NCBI GenBank assembly: GCA_030141605.1
Contig: JAQGDQ010000978.1
Location: 1-64,000 of the forward strand
Length of the DNA: 64,000 bases
Direction: 5' to 3'
Source: Tubiluchus corallicola
Taxonomy: Eukaryota > Animalia > Priapulida
Shown: piece after piece, positions 56,744 through 64,000 of the stretch
Numbering within the stretch: the stretch's first letter is position 1
Layout of the letters: each line of letters opens with the position of its first letter
Program-made: the position numbers and the translations under genes
The notes under the pieces: generated by a model
Told to the model about the DNA's origin: nothing
The model's database searches: none
Seen by the model: the letters and a program-made list of their open reading frames with translations, nothing else

Positions 56744-56890
56744 GCAGACGGTTTAATCTAGTGGTAACGCGTCTGCTTTCCGTCTGAGAGGTCGTGAGTT
56801 CGAATCAGCTACAGGGTCATACCAAAGACTTTAAAAATGGTACCTGCAGTTGTCCTGCTTGGGGCGTGGTATTTAGGGTAAAAGTGGGGT
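56744..56890 (+). mobile_element. tRNA-derived SINE with a conserved-looking central domain
   Basis: A-box-like CTAGTGG and B-box GTTCGAATC (56798-56806), then GGGTCATACCAAAGACTTTAAAAATGGTACC...CCTGCTTGG. Confidence 0.65.
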
Positions 56891-56974
56891 AATAATAGTC
56901 TCTGTTATGTAGTTGTAGATTGTTGTTTACAGTCGGACCGAAAACTGTTTGGAGCTTATGTTAATTGTTTATCC

Positions 56975-57351
56975 TAGATAGATAGATATTTTATTTCTGA
57001 AAATCAAATTTCCAACACGAAAATTACAAACTCGACTCATACCCGATGGTTTTATCAGCGGGCACAGCTCGGGTAATGATTTCCAGATCATACTAACAAT
57101 TTGACTCAACATAGCTGCACAAGGTATATACACAGATATACAAATTTAGTTGTAAACTCCATGAAGCGAAAAAAACTATTTACTAAGCATTTGTACACAT
57201 GTGATAAACAAATATTTTACCTATATGATAATCACAGTGATGCGGTTATACGTCCGCTAACAAAGCTATACTATTTAATTCAAAAATCTATGCATACAGT
57301 CGTAAATGAAATTTCCAATTGACATTAATTCTCCGTCAAATAAATTTGCAA
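56975..57351 (-). mobile_element. Non-LTR retroelement 3' end, copy 3 (more 5'-truncated)
   Basis: Reverse complement of ~4762-5135, with a TAGA tail. Confidence 0.65.
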
Positions 57352-58092
57352 GTAAAATGAAAAAGTAGAATATATATTGTTATCTACTTTGATAAACTAG
57401 ATGCATACATTTGTGAGACGTTAAGTCTTCACAGCCAGAATTGCCCCACATTGCATGGCTTCACCAATATCTAAGTATGATTGTAGGAAAGAACGAATTC
57501 TATATCCATTTTGGCTTATTGGACAAGTATAACCAGAAACCGTAACTCGAATTACATTCAGACATACTACTAGTACTAGAGAGAAGACATTTATTTTTAC
57601 GAATGAGCTGTTTCCGATCTAGCATTTGTAAATATTTTAATTATAATCAATTATAAATAATTAATTAGATTTTTTAGGTACAGTGCATGTTTTTAATTTT
57701 TCTTTGTTATATTCTTTTGTGATTTAGATATTAAAACAGTAAAGAACGGCGAATACAGTCATCAGAATGATTGCAAACCAATGACTCTCTTTGATTTGAA
57801 AATGCCCTTATTGTTTTAACAACACACAATTGGCAAAAATGAGTATGAAACAGAGCGGAATATACATGAAAATTGCAAATAGTTCATAGAATTCACGTAT
57901 GTGTATCAATTGTTTGTTTGTTTGTCTGTCTGTTTAATCGTTTTGCACTTTTCACTACTTTCACAACCTTTAATCGTTTTGCACATTTCACTACATGTGC
58001 ACAGAGTTGCACAACTTTTTGTTTTAATATTTTCTATGTAAGTAAATAAAATCAAGATCTATTTTAAATCTTACATTTTTTAAAAATTAATT

Positions 58093-58121
58093 TTGAAATA
58101 ATAGCTTATAGGAATTATAAT
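58093..58121 (+). promoter_or_regulatory. Bacterial sigma70-type promoter
   Basis: TTGAAA (58093-58098) - 17 bp - TATAAT (58116-58121), upstream of the ABC operon. Confidence 0.8.
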
Positions 58122-58128
58122 GTATTAT

Positions 58129-58159
58129 AGCATATGTGCAAACGTTTGCTCAATATGCT
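58129..58159. promoter_or_regulatory. LacI/GalR-family operator
   Basis: Perfect core palindrome GCAAACGTTTGC (58138-58149) within AGCATATGTGCAAAC|GTTTGCTCAATATGCT, just downstream of the -10 box. Confidence 0.75.
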
Positions 58160-58197
58160 TTATTTTTTTTGGAGTTTACTTTAAGGAGGAAGAAAGT

Positions 58198-59577
58198 ATG
58201 AGTTTAGCTAAAAAATTATTACTACTAAGTAGTATTTCACTGTTTTTATTTGCATGTGGGGGAGGCGCATCTCAAGAAACAACAGAGGGCAATGAATCCA
58301 AATCTATTGAAGTGACTGATGATGTTAACGAAAATAAAAATAATGACAAAATGCCTGAAAAATCTAAAGAAAAACAAAATGTTAGCATTTGGGTTAACTC
58401 AGGAAAACCTGAAGAAGTGGCAGCATTTGATGAGTTGTTTGAAAACTTTAACTCTTCCCAAAATGAAATTAATCTGGAGGTTACGAGATTTCCTGATGGA
58501 TCATACAATGAACAAGTAAACGGAGCTATACTTTCTGGAGACCTTCCAGATGTAATGTTAATTGATGGACCAAATGCTTATAATTATGCATGGTCTGGTG
58601 CTCTTATTTCTATAAGTGACTATATTACTGATGAAATAAAAGGTGATTTGTTACCATCAATAATTGATCAGGGCATGTATAATGGAAAAATGTATGTTGT
58701 GGGTACTTTTGATTCAGGATTAGCACTTTGGGGAAATAAATCATATTTAGAAAAAGCTGAAGTTAGAATACCTACATCAATTGCTGATGCTTGGACTTTA
58801 GATGAATTTAATGAAGCTCTAGAAAAATTAAAAGAATTAGAAGAAGTAGAGTACCCTTTAGACCTTAAAATGAACTATGGTGCTGGAGAGTGGTTTACAT
58901 ATGGATTTTCACCTATTATTCAAGGATTTGGAGGAGACCTTATTAATAGAGAAAGCTTTGATTCTAGTGAAGGTAAAATAAATGGAGTAGAGGCTGTTGA
59001 AGCTATGAATTGGTTTCAGGAATTATTTAACAAAGAGTATGCATTAAAATCACCAGCAGGTGATGATGATTTTTATGGTAAAAAAACTGCTGCGCTTTCT
59101 TGGGTTGGTCATTGGATGAAAACTCCGCACATAGAAAATTTAGGTGAAGACTTAGTACTTATTCCTATGCCTAAATTTAATGATAAAGTTGTAACAGGCA
59201 TGGGGTCTTGGGCTTTTGGGATAACATCTAAATCAAAAAATCCAGAACTATCATGGAAAGTTATAGAATATTTATTAGAGCCTGAAAATATAGAGGCCTT
59301 TACAACAGCAAATGGAGCTATTCCTTCAAGAAAGTCTGTATTAGCAAAGTTACCAGAGTATCAAAAAGGTGGATTATTGTATGTTTTTAGAGAGCAATTA
59401 GAAAGTGGTAGTGCAATTGCAAGACCGCAAACAGCTGCCTACCCTGTTATTACAAGTACATTTTCTGACTCTATCCAAAATATTATGAACGGTGCTGATG
59501 TAAAAAAAGAGCTAAATAAAGCATCTAAAATAATAGACCAAGATATTGCTGATAACGGAGGTTATATCCTACAATAA
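58198..59577 (+). CDS. Carbohydrate ABC transporter substrate-binding lipoprotein (CUT1 family), 459 aa
   Basis: RBS AAGGAGGA 7 nt before ATG 58198 (the ORF-track start at 58120 is too early). Lipobox LFA-C; motifs SGDLPDV, LWGNKSYLEKA, GMGSWAFGI typical of sugar-binding proteins. Confidence 0.93.
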   Translation: MSLAKKLLLLSSISLFLFACGGGASQETTEGNESKSIEVTDDVNENKNNDKMPEKSKEKQNVSIWVNSGKPEEVAAFDELFENFNSSQNEINLEVTRFPDGSYNEQVNGAILSGDLPDVMLIDGPNAYNYAWSGALISISDYITDEIKGDLLPSIIDQGMYNGKMYVVGTFDSGLALWGNKSYLEKAEVRIPTSIADAWTLDEFNEALEKLKELEEVEYPLDLKMNYGAGEWFTYGFSPIIQGFGGDLINRESFDSSEGKINGVEAVEAMNWFQELFNKEYALKSPAGDDDFYGKKTAALSWVGHWMKTPHIENLGEDLVLIPMPKFNDKVVTGMGSWAFGITSKSKNPELSWKVIEYLLEPENIEAFTTANGAIPSRKSVLAKLPEYQKGGLLYVFREQLESGSAIARPQTAAYPVITSTFSDSIQNIMNGADVKKELNKASKIIDQDIADNGGYILQ

Positions 59578-59605
59578 ATAAATTAGTACTTTAATTACAA
59601 AATAG

Positions 59606-59654
59606 AATCGATTTCTCATATATTAATTTATATTTATGTGAGAAATCGATTTTA
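59606..59654 (+). terminator. Intercistronic stem-loop after the binding-protein gene
   Basis: AATCGATTTCTCATATA ... TATGTGAGAAATCGATT-TT. A second AT-rich hairpin lies at ~59669-59709. Confidence 0.65.
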
Positions 59655-59757
59655 TTAAATCTGCTAAAGAATTTATATAAAACTGCTAAATAATTATTTT
59701 ATATAAATTTTGGGATTATCTTCATCTATATAATTATGTGCATATGGAGGAAACTTT

Positions 59758-60663
59758 ATGAAAAAAACTAAAAATACAATTAGTGAAAATACCACTGGAT
59801 GGATTATGGCTTCCCCTGCTCTTATTCTTCTAAGTATGTTTTTATTGATACCTTTTATTTTAGCTATTTATTTATCTTTTACTAACCAAAGACTTATTAC
59901 CAACCCAAACTTACCAACTAAATTTATAGGATTTGAAAACTATAAGCGTATTTTTAGTTCTTCAGATTTTTTAAAATCAATACTAAATAACTTTATATTT
60001 GCTTTTTTTGTTGTGCCAATCCAAACGTCTTTAGCTTTAGCTATGGCAATGTTAATAAATAAAAAGGTGAAATTTGTAAACTTTTTTAGAACTTTGTATT
60101 TTAGCCCAGTTGTGATTACTATGGTTGTTGTTTCTGTTGTTTGGAATTTACTTTATAATCCGAGTGCAGGTACTATTAATAAGATATTAGAAGTTATTTC
60201 ATTTGGCCAAATTGGACCTCAGGACTGGCTTGGAGATCCTAAACTAGCATTACCAGCAATAATGATTTTATCTATATGGCAAGGTGCAGGATTTCAAATG
60301 ATTTTATTTTTAGCAGGACTTCAAGATATCCCTAGTGAGCTTTATGAAGCTGCAAAAATGGATGGTGCTAATAAAGTACAGTCATTTTTTAATGTGACCA
60401 TACCAATGCTTAGAAATACTATTATGTTTGTTGTGGTTTCAACCACTATACTTTCTTTTAAATTATTTACTCAAGTTTGGGTTTTAACACAAGGAGGGCC
60501 TCAAAATGCTACAATAACTAGTGTGGTTCTTATGTACAAAGAAGGTTTTCAAAAGCTAAAAGTTGGATATTCATCAGCCCTTGCAGTACTTTTCTTCTTA
60601 ATTGTTGTATGTATTTCTATGATACAGAGATTTGTTCTAAAAAATGATAAGGAGGATATATAA
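59758..60663 (+). CDS. Carbohydrate ABC transporter permease (MalF/UgpA-type), 301 aa
   Basis: GGAGG RBS, multiple transmembrane segments, FIGFENY, EAA loop ELYEAAKMDGA. Confidence 0.95.
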   Translation: MKKTKNTISENTTGWIMASPALILLSMFLLIPFILAIYLSFTNQRLITNPNLPTKFIGFENYKRIFSSSDFLKSILNNFIFAFFVVPIQTSLALAMAMLINKKVKFVNFFRTLYFSPVVITMVVVSVVWNLLYNPSAGTINKILEVISFGQIGPQDWLGDPKLALPAIMILSIWQGAGFQMILFLAGLQDIPSELYEAAKMDGANKVQSFFNVTIPMLRNTIMFVVVSTTILSFKLFTQVWVLTQGGPQNATITSVVLMYKEGFQKLKVGYSSALAVLFFLIVVCISMIQRFVLKNDKEDI

Positions 60664-60666
60664 ATA

Positions 60667-61524
60667 ATGAAAGATACTAGAAAACCAGGAGTAAAGTTTT
60701 TTGACTTTATAAGCAATTATTTTTTACTTATAATACTTGCAATATTTTTTATATTTCCTACTATTTTTATGTTAATCTCATCTATTAAAATTGATGAAGG
60801 ACAAATAATTAAAGATATGAGTAGTATAAAAGGTTTTATACCTTATGGAAAATTAGGGTTTGGCAACTATAAGGATGTTATTACTCAGATGAATTTTTTA
60901 AGATTTTTTTTCAATTCTGTTTTTATAGTTGGGTGCACTGTTGGTTTAGGGCTTGTAGTTAATAGCATGATAGCTTATGCACTAGCTAGGCTAAACTTTG
61001 TAGGAAAAAAATTAATTCTGTCTATTATAATAGCTCTTATAATTATTCCTATAGAAGCAATAGTTATCCCTTTACTTTTAATGGTTAATAAATTTGGATG
61101 GATTAATAGTTATCATGTGCAAATAATACCTTTTATTGCTCAACCATTGTATATATTTTTATTTTACCAATTTTTTATAGGTCTACCAAAGAGTCTTGAT
61201 GAAGCTGCTCTAATAGATGGAGCTAGCTTTTTCAAAATATTTTGGACTATTACCCTACCTCTTTCTAAACCTGTTTTAGCTTCTGTAGCAATACTTTCTT
61301 CAATTGAAAGGTGGGGAGATTTCTTGTGGCCTTTAATGGTTACAAGAGGAGAAAATTTTAGACCTTTGCCAGTTGCCATGCAAAACTTTTTTGGACAAGA
61401 CCCAAAACTATGGGGAGATATATTTGCTTTTGCCTCAATGATTACAATACCTCTTTTAATTGTTTTCCTTATATTCCAGAAGCAATTTGTAGAGTCAGTT
61501 GCATCTAGTGGCATTAAGGGTTAA
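60667..61524 (+). CDS. Carbohydrate ABC transporter permease (MalG/UgpE-type), 285 aa
   Basis: AAGGAGG RBS inside the end of the previous gene, AYALARL, EAA loop LDEAALIDGAS, WGDFLWP, C-terminal SSGIKG. Confidence 0.95.
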   Translation: MKDTRKPGVKFFDFISNYFLLIILAIFFIFPTIFMLISSIKIDEGQIIKDMSSIKGFIPYGKLGFGNYKDVITQMNFLRFFFNSVFIVGCTVGLGLVVNSMIAYALARLNFVGKKLILSIIIALIIIPIEAIVIPLLLMVNKFGWINSYHVQIIPFIAQPLYIFLFYQFFIGLPKSLDEAALIDGASFFKIFWTITLPLSKPVLASVAILSSIERWGDFLWPLMVTRGENFRPLPVAMQNFFGQDPKLWGDIFAFASMITIPLLIVFLIFQKQFVESVASSGIKG

Positions 61525-61549
61525 ACTTTTAATGCATGCTATCTAAATG

Positions 61550-61588
61550 AAAAGGCAAGATATAAGGTTTTTATATTTTGTCTTTTTT
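61550..61588 (+). terminator. Rho-independent terminator
   Basis: AAAAGGCAAGATATAA-loop-TTATATTTTGTCTTTT followed by a T-run. Confidence 0.75.
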
Positions 61589-61677
61589 AAGAAAAAATTT
61601 TTATTTATAAACAAAGGCGATGAAAATTGATATAAATTAGAGAATATTATTAAAATAAAAAAATTATGGAGGAACTT

Positions 61678-63171
61678 ATGCGAGATAATAAAAAAAATAT
61701 TTCAATACCATTAGAATATGATCCTAAAACTAACAATGTATTTATGGGAAAACTTGTAGATCATTTGAAATATGCAAATACAATACATTATAAAGCTGAA
61801 AAATATTGGAAAAAGGATAATGAAAAATATATAGAAGAAACGAAAAAAGGTATTTGTACATCACAGTGGGGTCATAGCTGGAATGGCTACTTTCCTTGGA
61901 AATCCTTTGCATATCCTAATATGGATACTACATATTGGTTTTATTCTTTAGATTGTAGCAATGAAGAAAATATCTCAGTTTTACCAATTATTAGGTTAAG
62001 AGGAAAATTTCCACATTGTAGATATTATAGTTATAATCTATACGATAACTCTACTGGATTTGCTTATGGAGACGGAATACTAGATAAAGACATAAAGCCT
62101 GACAAAGGGAGCTTTAATCCGTTTAAGTCAGGAGTAGATAGAAGTGTAGAAAAACGAGATTTTACTTTATGGCTTATATCTGAAAGCTTAAAAGATTCAG
62201 ATGTTTTTAAGGAATTAATGAAAGAGTATGGAAAAGCTAATATTATAATTATTCCAAATAATATCTCTAAACCAGCAGTTGCACTTAGAGTATACTTGCC
62301 AGATAGTGGATATAAAATACATGGGCAAAAAAATGATGATATTGCCTTACCCATTATAGAATCGTTTGACTCTAGTTGTAAAACTCTTGAAGAAGTAATT
62401 TCTACTCCAACTTCTTGTCCACCTGCTTATAATACTAATGTTAAATTTTTCCTATCATTAGCTGGTAATAATAAAGATGTGGAAAGGGTAGACCCTGAAA
62501 AAGATATTTTCAAAGAAATATCTTTTTTACGAGCTCCTGGTGGTGGTCAGTGGCCCACGGTTCATAATATCTATGCAGGCACACCTATAAGGCCTTATAC
62601 AATTTCAGAATCTGCAAAAGGGTATGGGGAAATTATTGAATTACAATTTAAAGTACCTAGCACCCCAAAAACTTTATCTGGAAAAGAAAAATTTAACCAT
62701 AATTTTCATGATATGAGATACTGGTCTATTTCAATGAATAACTTTGATTCTACAATTGGAATGCGAGCATATAATGATGAAACTGTAGCAACTTATAAAG
62801 ATGAAAAAGGTAATTTGTGGGTACATATGATAATTGCGCCGAATACTTCTGAAATAAAAGATTTTATTAAGGAAAATATGAAAAATATAACTTTTCTACC
62901 ATATGATGGTGCTCAAATTGGTGCTAAAATAACGAAAAAAACAATAAGACGAATACCTACAATAATACATAGAAATTTATTAATTAATAGCAATTTTAAA
63001 TATGGGTATAATTCTGTTAGAGAAAGATTAGAAAAAATACATGGAGAAAGAGTAAAAAAGTATTTTGCTGATAAATATATAGGTAGCTATGCTCCAACTG
63101 GAAAATATTATACAAAAGAGGAATTTTTTAAAAAATATAGCAAAATAAATTCTAATGAGAAGTCCATATAA
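61678..63171 (+). CDS. Hypothetical bacterial protein, 497 aa
   Basis: Long ORF with GGAGG 5 nt before ATG 61678, bacterial AT-rich codon usage, and motif-like segments (GKFPHCRYYSYNLYD, DIKPDKGSFNPF, LRVYLPD, RYWSISM). Confidence 0.88.
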   Translation: MRDNKKNISIPLEYDPKTNNVFMGKLVDHLKYANTIHYKAEKYWKKDNEKYIEETKKGICTSQWGHSWNGYFPWKSFAYPNMDTTYWFYSLDCSNEENISVLPIIRLRGKFPHCRYYSYNLYDNSTGFAYGDGILDKDIKPDKGSFNPFKSGVDRSVEKRDFTLWLISESLKDSDVFKELMKEYGKANIIIIPNNISKPAVALRVYLPDSGYKIHGQKNDDIALPIIESFDSSCKTLEEVISTPTSCPPAYNTNVKFFLSLAGNNKDVERVDPEKDIFKEISFLRAPGGGQWPTVHNIYAGTPIRPYTISESAKGYGEIIELQFKVPSTPKTLSGKEKFNHNFHDMRYWSISMNNFDSTIGMRAYNDETVATYKDEKGNLWVHMIIAPNTSEIKDFIKENMKNITFLPYDGAQIGAKITKKTIRRIPTIIHRNLLINSNFKYGYNSVRERLEKIHGERVKKYFADKYIGSYAPTGKYYTKEEFFKKYSKINSNEKSI

Positions 63172-63208
63172 AACATATTATGTAAATTAATATTAAAATA
63201 AAAACTAG

Positions 63209-63237
63209 TTGAAAAAAAATAAAATAAATAATATAAT
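63209..63237 (+). promoter_or_regulatory. Bacterial sigma70-type promoter
   Basis: TTGAAA (63209-63214) - 17 bp - TATAAT (63232-63237). Confidence 0.7.
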
Positions 63238-63294
63238 CTATGAAATAATGTTTTTATACTAATTTGAAAACTTACAATTTATTTAGGAGGAGAA

Positions 63295-63822
63295 ATGAAG
63301 AAAATATTTTTAGTTATAATTTTATTTTTATTTTTTATTACAGGTTGTACAACTTTAGAGGAGGTAAAAAATGATGTAACAACTAAAGTTACAAGTGTAG
63401 AAATTGATGAACTAGATAAAAATGAAAATGACATATATTACTATAAAGAAAAACTGTATACAGGAGAGGCAGTATCTTACTATGATAATGGAAATTATAA
63501 AATTAAATTGAATATAAAAGATGGAATAATTGATGGTCAGGTAACAGCGTTTTATGAGAACGGGCAAATAAAAACTCAACTTCAAATGGAAGGCACAAAA
63601 ATAAAGGGAAAAGTTGTAAAATATTATGATAGCGGTGAACTTCTATCTATAGAGAACTATAAGGATGAAAAGTTAGATGGAGAAAAAATAGAATTTTATA
63701 AAAATGGGAATGTAAAATTTAAAGGGACATTTAAAGACGGCATACTAGTAAGCGAAGGTATATTTTATGGAGAAAATGGAGAAATACTAGAAATTATAGA
63801 ACCTGGAGATAGTATTAACTAG
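63295..63822 (+). CDS. Lipoprotein with MORN-variant (MORN_2 / YwqK-like) repeats, 175 aa
   Basis: AGGAGG RBS, lipobox ITG-C, repeated G-x4-[YF]Y-x-[NS]G...[YF]KDG units (YYDNGNYK, FYENGQIK, YYDSGELL, FYKNGNVK, FYGENGE). Confidence 0.9.
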   Translation: MKKIFLVIILFLFFITGCTTLEEVKNDVTTKVTSVEIDELDKNENDIYYYKEKLYTGEAVSYYDNGNYKIKLNIKDGIIDGQVTAFYENGQIKTQLQMEGTKIKGKVVKYYDSGELLSIENYKDEKLDGEKIEFYKNGNVKFKGTFKDGILVSEGIFYGENGEILEIIEPGDSIN

Positions 63823-63834
63823 AGAACTAATCAT

Positions 63835-63871
63835 AAAAAAGCTTCTTAAATATAATTTGAGAAGCTTTTTT
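63835..63871 (+). terminator. Rho-independent (probably bidirectional) terminator
   Basis: AAAAAAGCTTCTTAAAT ... ATTTGAGAAGCTTTTTT. Confidence 0.85.
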
Positions 63872-64000
63872 ATTAAATACCTAAAGCCATTTTTTTTAAA
63901 AGAAATTTTTTCACTTATTATGTAAAAAAGTAAATATGTATAAATCTAAAATATAAAGCAATAGTAAACTTTATAGTTATAGCAAGATATTTAAACTTGA

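Noticed and set aside
56744-56815. tRNA gene
   Set aside because: A/B boxes are present but no acceptor stem forms, and it continues into a SINE-like body. The same applies to tRNA-like fragments near 15600-15665, 20535-20570 and 43030-43110.
58120-58197. N-terminal extension of the binding-protein ORF
   Set aside because: It overlaps the -10 box and operator. The RBS and lipoprotein signal indicate the true start at 58198.
61164-62354. Antisense ORFs inside the bacterial genes (also 58272-58508)
   Set aside because: Shadow ORFs of well-supported plus-strand genes, with no RBS.
63295-63822. Toxin-antitoxin system (YwqK antitoxin)
   Set aside because: The repeat type invites that label, but this is a monocistronic lipoprotein with no adjacent toxin gene in the window.

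Overview
This window is a chimera of two kinds of DNA. Bases ~1-58,020 look like an AT-rich animal (probably invertebrate) nuclear genome. They contain microsatellites, minisatellites, many non-autonomous DNA transposons (TTAA-flanked Kolobok-like and piggyBac-like, hAT-like, Tc1/mariner-like), LINE 3' ends and tRNA-derived SINE-like heads. Two intron-containing genes can be reconstructed by hand: a small secreted EGF-domain protein (+ strand, 6111-12168, with a 3-kb 57-bp satellite in intron 1) and a secreted LRRNT-LRR-LRRCT protein (- strand, 46296-45123). A decayed multi-exon THAP-like locus lies on the - strand (~31356-25740). From ~58,020-58,090 to the end, with no gap, the sequence becomes compact, intact low-GC bacterial DNA: a sigma70 promoter with a LacI-type operator, a carbohydrate ABC transporter operon (binding lipoprotein plus two permeases), a 497-aa hypothetical protein and a MORN-variant-repeat lipoprotein, with Shine-Dalgarno sites and hairpin terminators. 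The junction is either an assembly mis-join/contamination or a very recent bacterium-to-animal insertion; the sequence alone cannot decide. All calls were made by eye without database searches.
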